A DNA stretch of 59,261 bases. Origin: Gemmatimonadota bacterium (GTDB lineage: Bacteria > Gemmatimonadota > Gemmatimonadetes > Gemmatimonadales > GWC2-71-9). Position 1 is the stretch's first letter, and each line of letters opens with the position of its first letter. This document shows, in pieces, positions 47,648 to 58,132 of the stretch. Location: contig JBDHDE010000033.1 in NCBI GenBank assembly GCA_039591655.1, positions 1-59,261 on the forward strand, in the 5' to 3' direction. A program made the translations under genes and the position numbers. The notes under the pieces are model-generated. The model worked only from the letters and a program-made list of their open reading frames with translations. It was not told the DNA's origin and did not search any database.

Positions 47648-49664
47648 CGCAATCGCCGCCGCAGGCGTGAGCCCCACAGCGGCCCACGCCCAGGACGAAG
47701 CGATCGTCGACGTGCTGGCTGGTGTGCTCGCCGCCGAGGACGCCCGGCGCCACGACCGACTTCTGTTCCAAGAGGCGGCGCGCCACCAGGAGCCCATCGT
47801 TCGACGCCATGCCGCGCTGGCGATGGGACGCATCGGGGACCCGGACGCCGCCCCGGCACTCATCGAGCTGCTGTCCGACCCGGATAGCGCAGTCCTGGAG
47901 GAAGCGGCATTCGCACTCGGCCTGCTCGCCGACTCCTCGACCTTCCTGCACCTGCACGATCTGGTGGCGGACGTCGGGCCGGACGAGCAGACCGATCTCC
48001 ACAGCGAGCTGGTGACGGCCATCGCGAAGATCGGCGGGCCGGAGGCCGGAGCGTTCTTCCGGGAGCTGCTGGTACGCTGGTCCTCCGACATCGAGTCCGG
48101 GACGCCACCCTACATCGCGCCGACGCTTCTCGGGGAGGCGTGGCGTCTGGGGCCGGACGCCCCGCTGCAGATGCTGTCCGAGTTTGCCGATGCGCCGAGG
48201 GATCAGGTGCGTCGCGGGGCGGTGTACTCCCTGAGCCGCCTGCGGGCGCCCGATGCGGCCGCGGTCCTCCTCGCTGCGACCGATGACGAGGATGTCACCG
48301 TGCGGGGGTGGGCCGCGAGGGCGCTCACCAGGGCGTTCGCGGATTCGGCTGGTCTCGACCGGGACGCAGTGGCGACCCGGCTCACGCTGTTGGTGGCGGA
48401 CACCGACGCCGGGGTGCGGGTGAACGCCCTCCGGACGCTGGCGACTTACCGAGACGAGCGGCATGCCTCCGCGGCCGCCGCCGCCGTGTCGGATCCGGAA
48501 GCGAACGTGCGCATCCAGGCGCTGGCCACCCTGGGAGACCTGGGCGGGGCGGACGCAGCGGCGCTCCTGGCGGACAAAGTCGACGACGGCTCCCTGGCCG
48601 TGCGGCAACAGGCACTCCTGAGCCTCGCCCGGGTCGACCGGGGCGCCGCGCTCACCGCGAGCGCTACATGGATCACCGACGCTGCCGACTGGCAGCGGCG
48701 CGCAATGGGCGCCGCCGCCCTGGAGCGCATCGCCGGCGACACCGCTCTGGGGTGGCTTGAGAGCCTCGTCTACGACGACCCGGACGGCCGGGTGGTGGCC
48801 CGGGCCTTCGAGGGCCTCGCCAGGCACGACGAGGAGGCGGCCCGCTACCTGGCCGGTCGGCTGCTGGGTCACGCGGATCCCGTAGTCCGCACCCTCGCGG
48901 CACAGCAGGTCCGGGAGCGACCCACCGCCGCCGACGTCGATCCGTTGATCGAAGCCTACGGCATGGCCCTCGAGGACCCCATCCCGGACGCGCGCATCGC
49001 CAGCGTCGAGGCACTGGGGGCCGTCGCCGCGCTGGGGTGGTCTGAGCGCATGGCGGTGGAGGACCGATTCCTCCGCCGCTTCCCCACGTGCGGCGATTAC
49101 CTCGTTCGCCGGGCGGCGGAGCAACATCTCTCCTCCGCAGTCACTCGCTGGGGGCCCGCCCAACCGGTGGCCACGGGGCGCGACCTGAACGACTACCGGG
49201 ACATCGCCAGGCGTCTACTGCTCCCGGCCGAACGGGGTGAGGCGATCCCCGAGCTCGTCATCGCCACCGACCGGGGAACGATCACCTTCTCGCTGTTCGG
49301 CGCTGATGCTCCCATCACGGTCAACGCGCTGCTCGAGCTCGCTGATCGCCACTACTTCGACGGCGGTTCATTCCACCGGGTGGTTCCCAATTTCGTCATC
49401 CAGGGAGGGGACCCCCGGGGCGACGGCTGGGGTGGGCCGGGGTTCGCGCTGCGCGATGAGATTAACCGGAACCGCTACGAGCGGGGCACCGTTGGGATGG
49501 CGCTCTCGGGACCGGACACCGGGGGCAGTCAGTTCTTCGTCACACACACGGCGCAGCCTCACCTCGATGGGACGTACACCGTGATCGGGCAGGTCAGCGG
49601 CGGGATGAGCGTAGTGGATCGCATCATGCAGGGCGACCGGATCCGGTCCGTGCGGAGACAGTGA
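47601..49664 (+). CDS. Exported HEAT-repeat protein fused to a cyclophilin-type PPIase (start uncertain, 47577-47607)
   Basis: Signal peptide ending AHA-Q; many HEAT/PBS repeats; [35 protein letters not shown]. Confidence 0.88.
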   Translation: MCVRSSWSLLILYACSAIAAAGVSPTAAHAQDEAIVDVLAGVLAAEDARRHDRLLFQEAARHQEPIVRRHAALAMGRIGDPDAAPALIELLSDPDSAVLEEAAFALGLLADSSTFLHLHDLVADVGPDEQTDLHSELVTAIAKIGGPEAGAFFRELLVRWSSDIESGTPPYIAPTLLGEAWRLGPDAPLQMLSEFADAPRDQVRRGAVYSLSRLRAPDAAAVLLAATDDEDVTVRGWAARALTRAFADSAGLDRDAVATRLTLLVADTDAGVRVNALRTLATYRDERHASAAAAAVSDPEANVRIQALATLGDLGGADAAALLADKVDDGSLAVRQQALLSLARVDRGAALTASATWITDAADWQRRAMGAAALERIAGDTALGWLESLVYDDPDGRVVARAFEGLARHDEEAARYLAGRLLGHADPVVRTLAAQQVRERPTAADVDPLIEAYGMALEDPIPDARIASVEALGAVAALGWSERMAVEDRFLRRFPTCGDYLVRRAAEQHLSSAVTRWGPAQPVATGRDLNDYRDIARRLLLPAERGEAIPELVIATDRGTITFSLFGADAPITVNALLELADRHYFDGGSFHRVVPNFVIQGGDPRGDGWGGPGFALRDEINRNRYERGTVGMALSGPDTGGSQFFVTHTAQPHLDGTYTVIGQVSGGMSVVDRIMQGDRIRSVRRQ

Positions 49665-49665
49665 G

Positions 49666-52524
49666 ATGCGACGCGCCGGGCTCCTCGGGTTGGCACTCGT
49701 GGCCCTCGCAGGGACGGGGGTGCCCGCACGCGCGCAACTCAACTACTTCGGCCAGAACAAGATCCACTACCGGGGCTTCGAGTGGCAGGTGCTGCGGGGC
49801 CCGCACGTCGATCTCTATTTCTACCCCGAGGAGCGCGAGCTCGCGCGGGTGGCGCTGGCGTATGCCGAGGAGAGCTTCGACTACCTCGAGCGCAAGTTCG
49901 GACACTCACCGAGGCGGCGCATTCCGCTCATCATCTACGCGTCGCACGCCGACTTCGAGCAGACGAACATCCTGCCGTTCGTCCCGCCGGAGGGGGTTCT
50001 CGGTGTCACGGAATTCCTGAAGTCGCGCGTCGCGCTGCCGTTCAACGGGAATTACTCCCAGTTCCGCCACACCTTGCGTCACGAGTTGGTGCACGCATAC
50101 CAGCTGAGCTTGGTGGCCGACACGTATCTCCGGCATCCAAGGGCGGGGCGGCCCTTCCTGCCCCTGTGGTGGTCTGAGGGGCTGGCTGAGTATTGGTCGG
50201 AGGGCGAGGATGCCCTGGATGAGATGGTGCTGCGTGAGCTCACGGTGTCGGGGCGGATGCCGCGTCTGCGGCAGCTCACGTACGTGTTCGGCGGCGTGGT
50301 GTACCCGCTAGGCGGGGCGATTCATCGTTGGCTCAGCGAGCGGTACGGGGATTGGCGGGTCCAGGTTCTGTACCGGGACCTGTGGAAATACCGCACGTTC
50401 GATGAGGCGCTGGAGGGTGTGTACGGAGTACCCATCGAGCAGCTAGAGAACGAGCTCCAGTTCCACTTCCAGCAGACGTACTTCCCGGTAATCAACGAGC
50501 GGCGACCTCTCACCGTAACCGCCAACACCCTGGCCAAGGTCGCGGCCAAGCCCCTGGCCTACACGCTCCCCGGCGACTCGATCACCCGGTACATGTACCT
50601 GTCCCCCCACACCGGGTACATGAACATCTACGAGGGGGTGCTGAACCAGCCCGGCCGCCGTCGCATCATGGTGAAGGGCGAGCGGTCGGCACAGTTCCAG
50701 TCGTTCCACGCGATGGCCTCGCGCTTCTCCGTACAGGAAGGCGTGGTGGCATTCTCCAGCCGCTACCTGGAGCGCGACGCCCTCTACTTTTGGGACGTGC
50801 GCAAGCGCCGCGTGGTGGGTCGCTATCAGTTCGAGGGCCTCGTCTCGATCCTGTCGCCCAGCTGGGCACCGGACGGGGAGAGCGTCGTGTTCAGCGGCCT
50901 CTCCATGAGTGGCCTATCCGATCTGTACCGCGTGTGGTTGCCCGAGGGCCGCCTCGAGCGGCTCACCAACGACCGCTTCCAGGACGTCGACCCGAGTGTG
51001 AGTCCGGACGGTACGTCCGTGGTGTTCGCCTCGGACCGCACCCGGTACGGTCCGGACGGCGGCCTCAACCTCTATCTCCTGGATCTCGAGACGGGAGACT
51101 TCCGCTACCTCACATTCGGACCATGGCGCGACCAGGGCCCGCGCTGGGCCCAGAACGGGCGGATCTATTTCTCCTCCGACCGCGACGGCGTATACGATAT
51201 CTACTCCACGGATGCCCGGGGCAACGGCAGGCGGGAGACTCGCACCCTGACCGGAGCGTTCGACCCCCAGTGGGTCGAGTCCGAGAACCTGCTCCTGTTC
51301 GGGGGCTGGGGCGACCTCTCGTTCAACATCTACCGCGCCTACCTGCAGCCCGACACGATAGACGCAGCCGAGCTCTTCGCCCTCGCGGAGGAGGCAGCCA
51401 CCGACGGCCGCGAGGCGGCCACCGGATCGTGGACCTGGCCCGAGCTCACCGAGTCTCCGTACGCCAAGGAGGATCCTCAGCCCTACAGGGCACGCTTCGC
51501 CCTGGACTTCGCCGCCGGCGACGTGATCGTGATTCCCGGAACCGCCACGGCCCAAGGTCTGGTGTTCCGGTTCTCGGATCTGTTGAGCGACCAGCTCTTA
51601 TTCTTGGCCGCTACGTCCTTCCAGGGGCGTGATGTGGGAGACTTCGTCGAGAACATCAATGCCACAGTGTTCTACCTGAACCGCAAGCGCCGGCTCAATT
51701 GGGGACTCGGGGGCTTCCGCGTCCGCGGGGTGTTCTTCGAGGGAGACTTCCGCACGCAGTACGAGGAGAAGTCCACCGGTGGATACATCGACCTTCGGTG
51801 GCCGATCTCGCGGTTTAGCCGCATCCAAGGGCAGTTCAGGCTCGAGTACTCCAAGCGCTTCGACCCGTTCATTATCGAGGAGCCGTTTCGCGAGGGATTA
51901 CTCGCGTCCAACATCCTGCTCTGGGTGCACGACAACACGCTGTGGCTGCCAACGGGCCCCATCGACGGCCAACGCACGAACCTGACGGGGAGCATCACCA
52001 ACGATCTTACCAACGGTCGCTTCGACGCCTGGATGCTGTCCCTGGACCACCGGCGCTACCTGCGGGCCGGTCGGTTCGCAGCGTATGCGGTGCGCCTCTA
52101 CGGGTATGTGGCGGGCGGCAACCGGCCGCGGCGTGTTTCCATCGGCGGGCCGTGGGGCCTGCGCGGGTACCCGCGGACCGGAGGGATCTCGGGCACGCGG
52201 GCGTTCTTGTTCAACAATGAGCTTCGCTTCCCTCTGTTGAGCTTCCTCACCTTTGGAACGCCGTTGGGACCGCTGCGCTTCCCCGGGATCCAGAGCGCGC
52301 TGTTCCTCGACTTCGGCGGTGCGTGGAGCCATGACGACGCCCCCAACCGGGGTGTGCTGGGAAGCGGGGGCTTCGGATTCCGCATGGGCATGGGCGGCGC
52401 GCTGGTGCTGCGACTCGATATGGGTTGGCGGTTCGACCTCACCGGGAGAACGGGGGCTCAGATCCTGGACCCCGGATTCGAAGAGGGCTGGTTCACCTCG
52501 TTCTTCTTCGGATTTAACTACTGA
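49666..52524 (+). CDS. Omp85/BamA-family protein with N-terminal zincin-like peptidase and TolB/PD40 propeller
   Basis: Signal peptide; HELVH and WWSEGLAEY; SPSWAPDG and PSVSPDG repeats; GLRGY, NELRFP, LRLD; ends in aromatic residues (FFFGFNY). Confidence 0.85.
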   Translation: MRRAGLLGLALVALAGTGVPARAQLNYFGQNKIHYRGFEWQVLRGPHVDLYFYPEERELARVALAYAEESFDYLERKFGHSPRRRIPLIIYASHADFEQTNILPFVPPEGVLGVTEFLKSRVALPFNGNYSQFRHTLRHELVHAYQLSLVADTYLRHPRAGRPFLPLWWSEGLAEYWSEGEDALDEMVLRELTVSGRMPRLRQLTYVFGGVVYPLGGAIHRWLSERYGDWRVQVLYRDLWKYRTFDEALEGVYGVPIEQLENELQFHFQQTYFPVINERRPLTVTANTLAKVAAKPLAYTLPGDSITRYMYLSPHTGYMNIYEGVLNQPGRRRIMVKGERSAQFQSFHAMASRFSVQEGVVAFSSRYLERDALYFWDVRKRRVVGRYQFEGLVSILSPSWAPDGESVVFSGLSMSGLSDLYRVWLPEGRLERLTNDRFQDVDPSVSPDGTSVVFASDRTRYGPDGGLNLYLLDLETGDFRYLTFGPWRDQGPRWAQNGRIYFSSDRDGVYDIYSTDARGNGRRETRTLTGAFDPQWVESENLLLFGGWGDLSFNIYRAYLQPDTIDAAELFALAEEAATDGREAATGSWTWPELTESPYAKEDPQPYRARFALDFAAGDVIVIPGTATAQGLVFRFSDLLSDQLLFLAATSFQGRDVGDFVENINATVFYLNRKRRLNWGLGGFRVRGVFFEGDFRTQYEEKSTGGYIDLRWPISRFSRIQGQFRLEYSKRFDPFIIEEPFREGLLASNILLWVHDNTLWLPTGPIDGQRTNLTGSITNDLTNGRFDAWMLSLDHRRYLRAGRFAAYAVRLYGYVAGGNRPRRVSIGGPWGLRGYPRTGGISGTRAFLFNNELRFPLLSFLTFGTPLGPLRFPGIQSALFLDFGGAWSHDDAPNRGVLGSGGFGFRMGMGGALVLRLDMGWRFDLTGRTGAQILDPGFEEGWFTSFFFGFNY

Positions 52525-53234
52525 TGTGGCAATGGGTTGCGCGAGAGGGAGGGCGCTGTTATCACTTGTGCGTGCTCGCTCTCGCTGGGGTGGGCGCCTG
52601 TGCGCCCAGGCCGGCGCCCCTGGCTCCTGAGGAGCTGCCGGCCATTCCCCGAGCCGAGGTGAGCGAGTGGGTGGACGGATACGTTCCGGACCACCCGACG
52701 CGGTACGAGTTGCGTTGGCGCTACGAGACGCAGAAGGGCGAGGCGCGAGGCAGGGCGGTCGTGCGGTTCGTTCCGCCTGACTCGGTCCGCTTCGACTACC
52801 GGGCCCCGTTCGGACGATCGGGCGCGGCCGTGGTTGTAGGCGACGATGTGCTGTGGGCCGAGCCCGAGGAACAGGCCGGCGGGTTCGTCGCTGTGGCGTC
52901 CCTCTTCTGGGCCGCGTTGGGCATGCCCAGGCAACCGCCGGACGACGCGGCGGTGTCCGGCCGCATGACTGACTCGACGCGGGTGTGGCGCTACGTGCGG
53001 GGGCTCGACACCCTGACGTACCTGGCGGTGGAAGGCCTGTCCGGCACGCTCGCGGCGGAGATGGTGCGTGGCAAAGAGCTGCTCGGCACGGCAGAGGTGG
53101 AGCTGACGGGATCGACGGACGAGCCGCAGAAGGCCACCATGCTGTTCCCGAGCGAGGCGACGATCGTCCTTTTCACGGTTCAGGCTATTGAGCCGCTCAC
53201 ATCGATGGCAGAAGACATTTGGCGGAGGCCCTAG
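52524..53234 (+). CDS. Hypothetical lipoprotein (start uncertain)
   Basis: Lipobox-like GVGAC; beta-rich PPDSVRFD-x-PFG segment reminiscent of LolA/LolB-like folds. Confidence 0.65.
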   Translation: MWQWVAREGGRCYHLCVLALAGVGACAPRPAPLAPEELPAIPRAEVSEWVDGYVPDHPTRYELRWRYETQKGEARGRAVVRFVPPDSVRFDYRAPFGRSGAAVVVGDDVLWAEPEEQAGGFVAVASLFWAALGMPRQPPDDAAVSGRMTDSTRVWRYVRGLDTLTYLAVEGLSGTLAAEMVRGKELLGTAEVELTGSTDEPQKATMLFPSEATIVLFTVQAIEPLTSMAEDIWRRP

Positions 53235-53721
53235 GGCCATCCGATTCGCATTGGTGGCGGTGTGGGCAGTGCTGGCCTGCTATGGGTTCGCGGGCGGCGG
53301 CCTCCCCAGCCACATCAACACCGTCGCCATCCTCCCCTTCGACAACCGGACCGCGGAGCCCCTCCTCACGCAGGAGGTCTCCAACGCGGTGCGGATCGCC
53401 ATGGAGCAGCGCCTCGGCCTGCGTCCGGCCGCGGAGGCCTCGGCCGATGCCGTCGTGCGCGGCACCATCGTACGGTACGAGCCGGACCTCCTCCTGGCCC
53501 ACCAGACCGACCCGGCGGGCGACGTCACGGTGACCCGCCGCCGGGTGCAGCTGACGCTGAACCTGGAGATCTATGACCAGCAGGAAGGCCGGACGCTGTG
53601 GCAGCGCACCAGCCTCATCGTGGACGGCGAGTATCTTCCGCCACTGGAAATCGACGGGAGGCAGGTCGCGCTCGAGAAACTGGTGAACGACATCGTCGAT
53701 GGAGCGCAATCTCAATGGTAG
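53188..53721 (+). CDS. lptE: LptE-like LPS assembly lipoprotein (true start probably near 53239-53251)
   Basis: VLAC-YGF lipobox; TVAILPFDNRT, ADAVVRGTI, LVNDIV, terminal W. Confidence 0.75.
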   Translation: MSRSHRWQKTFGGGPRAIRFALVAVWAVLACYGFAGGGLPSHINTVAILPFDNRTAEPLLTQEVSNAVRIAMEQRLGLRPAAEASADAVVRGTIVRYEPDLLLAHQTDPAGDVTVTRRRVQLTLNLEIYDQQEGRTLWQRTSLIVDGEYLPPLEIDGRQVALEKLVNDIVDGAQSQW

Positions 53722-54095
53722 CCCGACACCGCAGGCGCATGCGCAGCTCCAGCGGGATGAGCAGGCTCGGGTGTCTCTTCTCCCTGCTGATCATCGTGGT
53801 AGCTGTCTACTACGGGGTCAACATCGGCGGCGTCTACCTCCGCTATTACCAGCTGGTCGACGAGATGCGGACGCAGGCTAAGGTCGCTCCGAGCATCGAC
53901 GATGCCACGATTCGACGCCGCCTGCTGCGCAAGATCGATGACCTGGACCTACCGGCGGACGCCCGGCAAGTGACGATTCGGCGCACCAACCGGCCCCGCG
54001 AGATCCAAATCGCCACCACGTACCGGGACACCCTCGAGCTCCCGTTCTACAAGTACGTGATCACCCTCACTCCTGAAGCCAGACAGCCGCTCTGA
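53715..54095 (+). CDS. Hypothetical single-pass membrane protein (DUF4845-like, pilin-like N-terminus)
   Basis: Basic N-terminus, G-MS, hydrophobic helix, small periplasmic domain. Confidence 0.65.
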   Translation: MVARHRRRMRSSSGMSRLGCLFSLLIIVVAVYYGVNIGGVYLRYYQLVDEMRTQAKVAPSIDDATIRRRLLRKIDDLDLPADARQVTIRRTNRPREIQIATTYRDTLELPFYKYVITLTPEARQPL

Positions 54096-54099
54096 CGCG

Positions 54100-55473
54100 A
54101 TGAAACTCACGGCACGGATTGCGGGGGCCACCCTCCTGTTGCTTGCGGCGGTCCCGACCTCCTTGTGGGCCCTGTCGAGCCAAGCGGAAGGTAATTCCGT
54201 CATCGTCCGCCTCTTCTTGGTTTTCGGCGTCATGCTGCTCGCCGGAAAGTTCTCGGGCGAGCTGTTCGAGCGCCTGGGCCAGCCCGCGGTTCTCGGCGAG
54301 CTGATAGCCGGCATCCTGCTGGGCGCCAGCGCCCTCGGCGTGATCCCCACGTCTCCGGATGACCCACTGACCGAGATCATTTACATCTTCGCAGAGATCG
54401 GCGTGGTCATCCTGCTATTCGAGATCGGACTCGAGACCGACCTGAAGCAGATGTTCCGGGTGGGGCCCGGGGCGACGGCGGTCGCCGCAGTCGGGGTCGT
54501 GCTGCCAATGGTAGGGGGCTTCCTGTTCTGGATGTCGCCCATCGTACGGCCCGAGCTCAGCAACGCCGACCAGTTCACCACGGGTATCTTCATCGGCGCG
54601 ACGCTCACGGCCACTTCAGTAGGGATCACGGCACGGGTGCTCAATGATCTCCGGGTCATGCACTCGATTGAAGCCCGTGTGATCATTGGCGCCGCGGTGG
54701 TGGACGACATCATCGGCATCATCTTGCTGGGCGTCGTCACATCGTTGGTGGCCGGGCATGCGGTCTCCGCGCTGGCAGTAGGACGGTCGGTGGCGCTGGC
54801 GATCGGCTTCCTCGTGATCGCCGTGGGCGCCGGGCTCATGCTCGCCCCGCGCATCTTCGGTGTGCTGGACCGCATGCGAGTGCGTGGCATCCTGCTGGTC
54901 TCCGCATTCGCATTCGTCCTGTTCATCGCGGCCTTTGCTAGCCTTGCGGGCTCGGCCCTCATCATCGGGGCGTTCGCAGCGGGGATCATCCTCTCGGGAA
55001 CGAACCAGTTCGACACGATCCACGAGCGGACGAAGCCGGTGGCGGACATCTTCACGCCGATCTTCTTCCTGAGCATCGGCGCACAATTCGACCTCTCGCT
55101 GCTCAATCCGTTCGGTGAAGGGAACCTGACCATTCTGGGACTCGGGCTGGTGCTCTTCCTGATCGCCATTGTCGGCAAGATCGCGGCAGGGTGGGCAGTG
55201 CCGTGGCAGAAGTTCAACCGGCCAGCCGTGGGCGTCGGCATGATCCCGCGGGGCGAGGTGGGCCTCATCTTCGCCAACATCGGTCTCACCTCGGGCGTGC
55301 TCACCCGGGAGCTCTTCTCCGCCATCCTCATCATGGTGATGGGCACGACGTTCCTGGCACCGCCGTTCCTCAAGGTTGCGTTCGGCCGCGGCGGCGTGAC
55401 TCACGCCTCAGACCGGAAGCCCGAACCGCTCATGGAGGCCGTCGAGGAACCGCCGGCCAAGCTCGAGGAGTGA
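54100..55473 (+). CDS. Cation:proton antiporter (CPA2 family)
   Basis: GQPAVLGELIAG, LFEIGLE, ATSVGIT, AAVVDD, IGAFAAG, GMIPRGEVGLIFA. Confidence 0.93.
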   Translation: MKLTARIAGATLLLLAAVPTSLWALSSQAEGNSVIVRLFLVFGVMLLAGKFSGELFERLGQPAVLGELIAGILLGASALGVIPTSPDDPLTEIIYIFAEIGVVILLFEIGLETDLKQMFRVGPGATAVAAVGVVLPMVGGFLFWMSPIVRPELSNADQFTTGIFIGATLTATSVGITARVLNDLRVMHSIEARVIIGAAVVDDIIGIILLGVVTSLVAGHAVSALAVGRSVALAIGFLVIAVGAGLMLAPRIFGVLDRMRVRGILLVSAFAFVLFIAAFASLAGSALIIGAFAAGIILSGTNQFDTIHERTKPVADIFTPIFFLSIGAQFDLSLLNPFGEGNLTILGLGLVLFLIAIVGKIAAGWAVPWQKFNRPAVGVGMIPRGEVGLIFANIGLTSGVLTRELFSAILIMVMGTTFLAPPFLKVAFGRGGVTHASDRKPEPLMEAVEEPPAKLEE

Positions 55474-56187
55474 TTGGTGCCGCGCCCTGATGGCCGGGGT
55501 CCCGAAGAGCTGCGCCAGGTGGTGCTGGAGCGGGGGGCCAGTCCCCATGCCGAGGGTTCCTGCCTTGCGCGCTTCGGCGGAACCCTGGTGCTGTGCACTG
55601 CGAGCGTGGAGGAGAGCGTGCCCCTGTGGCGCCGGGGCAGGGGGTTGGGGTGGCTCACCGCCGAGTACGCCATGTTGCCCCGCGCGACCACCGAGCGCAC
55701 GGTGCGGGAGCGCCGCGGCCCGGGGGGACGGACCTCCGAGATCCAGCGCCTGATCGGGCGCAGCCTGCGGGCGGCGCTCGGGACCTTCGCCTTCGGCGAG
55801 CGCACAATCACAGTTGACTGTGACGTGCTTCAGGCGGACGGCGGCACCCGGACGGCAGCCATTACCGGCGGGGCGGTGGCCGTCGCGGATGCCTGCGCTT
55901 GGCTCGCGGAGACCGCCAGGCTGCCCAACCCGTTCGGCCGCCTCGTGGCAGGGGTCTCGGTGGGCATCGTAGACGGAGAGCCCCGGCTGGATCTCTGCTA
56001 TGCCGAGGACAGGGATGCCGAGGTGGATGCAAACATCGTGACGGCCGAGCCCGACAGCTACGTGGAAGTGCAGGGCACTTCCGAGGGCACGCCGTTCGCG
56101 CGTGCGGTGCTAGACGGACTTCTGGACCTCGCCGATGACGGCATCCGCCGGTTGTTCGCCGAGCAGCGCCGCGTGCTAAACACATGA
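55474..56187 (+). CDS. rph: Ribonuclease PH
   Basis: [54 protein letters not shown]. Confidence 0.96.
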   Translation: MVPRPDGRGPEELRQVVLERGASPHAEGSCLARFGGTLVLCTASVEESVPLWRRGRGLGWLTAEYAMLPRATTERTVRERRGPGGRTSEIQRLIGRSLRAALGTFAFGERTITVDCDVLQADGGTRTAAITGGAVAVADACAWLAETARLPNPFGRLVAGVSVGIVDGEPRLDLCYAEDRDAEVDANIVTAEPDSYVEVQGTSEGTPFARAVLDGLLDLADDGIRRLFAEQRRVLNT

Positions 56188-56819
56188 CGGCGCAGCTCTT
56201 CATCGCCACCCGCAATCCCGGGAAGAAGCGCGAGATCAGCGCTATCCTGCAAGACCTGCCCTACAAGCTGAGGTTTCTCGACGAGAGCGGCGTCGTGGAG
56301 GGACCCGAGGAGCAGACGCTGGAGCATGCCGACTCGTTCGAGGGCAACGCCCGCCGCAAGGCGCAGCACTTCGCGAAGATCACGGGGGCGCCCACGGCGG
56401 CGGACGACTCCGGGCTCGAGGTGTTTGCCCTGGGCGGCCTGCCGGGCGTCAAGTCGCGGCGCTTCGCCATGTTCGACGGCCCACCGGACGAGCAGGACGA
56501 AGCGAACAACGCCGAGCTCCTGCGCCGGCTCGCGGGATTGCCGGAGGACAGGCGTCGAGCCCGTTATCGCTGCGTCGTTGCCTTCGTGCCGCGCCCCGAT
56601 GCCGCGGCCGTGACCTTCGAAGGCACCTGCACCGGCTCGATCCTCGAGGCCCCCAAGGGCACCGGCGGCTTCGGCTACGATCCCCTGTTCTTCTCTGACG
56701 ACCTGCAGAAGGGCTTTGGCGAGGCAACACCTGAGGCCAAGGACTCCGTGAGCCATCGGGGCAGGGCGTTCCGGGCGTTCGCGGAATGGCTGCGGGAGAA
56801 CGCCATCCGCGGCCGCTAG
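56184..56819 (+). CDS. rdgB: Non-canonical purine NTP pyrophosphatase (RdgB/HAM1)
   Basis: [32 protein letters not shown]. Confidence 0.95.
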   Translation: MTAQLFIATRNPGKKREISAILQDLPYKLRFLDESGVVEGPEEQTLEHADSFEGNARRKAQHFAKITGAPTAADDSGLEVFALGGLPGVKSRRFAMFDGPPDEQDEANNAELLRRLAGLPEDRRRARYRCVVAFVPRPDAAAVTFEGTCTGSILEAPKGTGGFGYDPLFFSDDLQKGFGEATPEAKDSVSHRGRAFRAFAEWLRENAIRGR

Positions 56820-56953
56820 GAGGGTCAGTCATAGATCGGCCGCTCCTGCAACGCTCGGTATGCGCGCGTGTGCGCACGTCAATGGGGCCTGTCTAGCCAT
56901 CCGCCACCCCGGGCCGCATGTTTGCCGACAGCCCCCCGTCCGGGAGATCGCCA

Positions 56954-57824
56954 ATGCCGACGACCAAACCGAGCGGCGAGATCGCCGCCCACCGCAAGCC
57001 CCGCGATGACGAGGTGGACGTCTACGGTGTGACGCACGCGGGCAACGTGCGCAAGGTCAATCAGGACCACTTTCTCATCTGCCAGCTGGAAAAGCGGGTG
57101 CGCATCTACCAGACGAGCCTGCCCAACGGCGACGCGTTCGCGCCAGTGGGCGAGCGGGTGGCGTTCCTGGCACGGCGTGGGAGCCGGCACCAAGGGCGAG
57201 GCGGCGGCCCGCCTGGCCCTGCATGCCGTCACCGAATACGTCGCGCTCAGCATGCGGTGCTACCACACGCTCGACACGACCGACGACCAGATGTTCCTCG
57301 ACGCGCTGCAGGAGGCAGCCTGGAAGGGGCAAGCCCGGGTCCTGGCCGAAGCGGAAGGTCATCCAGAGCTGCGCGGCATGGCGACGACGCTGACCCTGTG
57401 GCTGGCGGTTTGGCCCCGCGCCTACCTGCTCCAGATCGGCGATTCCCGGTTCTATCAGTTCGCAAATGGGGAGCTGCTGCGCCTGTCGCGCGACCAGACC
57501 ATGGCGCAGGAACTGGTGGACAAGGGCGTGCTGCACCACTCGACCGCCTTCGATACCCGGTGGGCCAACGTGCTGTCGAGCTCGATCGGCGGCGAGCAGA
57601 CCGCGCCGGTGGTGACGCAGATGGACCAGGATTGGAACACGGTCTACCTGCTGTGCAGCGATGGCCTCACCAAGCACGTGCCGGACGAGCGCATCGCCGA
57701 ACGCCTCGGCGCCCTGACCTCGGCCAAGCAGGCGTGCGAAGCCCTCCTACAGGACGCCCTCGATGCGGGCGGCAGTGACAACATCTCGATAATCGTCGGG
57801 CAAGACGTCAAGAAGGATGACTGA
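56954..57824 (+). pseudogene. PP2C-family Ser/Thr phosphatase, frameshifted at about 57171
   Basis: Frame 1 has THAGNVRKVNQDHF...AFLA; frame 2 has GVGAG, GMATTLT, IGDSR, DQT, LLCSDGL, GGSDNISII; the VAD of the VADG motif is missing at the junction. Confidence 0.85.
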
Positions 57825-57892
57825 GGGGCGACGCTCACCCGAGCTACGTGGCTCACTTCGCTGCCACCACTTAGCTGCATGAAGAGGAGACT

Positions 57893-58096
57893 ATGAAGGA
57901 GCGCCATCTGGAAGGCCGCCGTCGGGCGCAATTCGATCGCCGGTCAGGCAAGGAGCGACGCCGGGGCGAAAGACGATTGATCCCGATGTCCACGGCTGCA
58001 CTCAAGGGCAGGAAGGAGCGCCGAAAGGGTGAACGACGTAGCGGCAAAGAGCGAAGGGGGGCACTCACGCCCGCAGCTGATCCGCCAAGTCGTTAG
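57893..58096 (+). CDS. Small Arg-rich protein with tandem [DE]RR-x-G repeats
   Basis: GAGGAG RBS; DRRSGKERRRGERR and GRKERRKGERRSGKERR; its stop lies inside an attC core GTTAGAC. Confidence 0.6.
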   Translation: MKERHLEGRRRAQFDRRSGKERRRGERRLIPMSTAALKGRKERRKGERRSGKERRGALTPAADPPSR

Positions 58097-58098
58097 AC
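58066..58098 (+). mobile_element. Right half of an integron attC site (L'-R')
   Basis: CGCCCGCAGCTGATCCGCCAAGTC-GTTAGAC (GTTRRRY at 58092-98); no matching left half upstream. Confidence 0.65.
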
Positions 58099-58132
58099 AG
58101 CCCCGAGGATTCGGGGGGCACCCATAGCTAGT

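Noticed and set aside
57166..57180. Programmed frameshift in the PP2C gene
   Set aside because: No slippery sequence, and conserved residues are physically missing, so recoding could not restore them.
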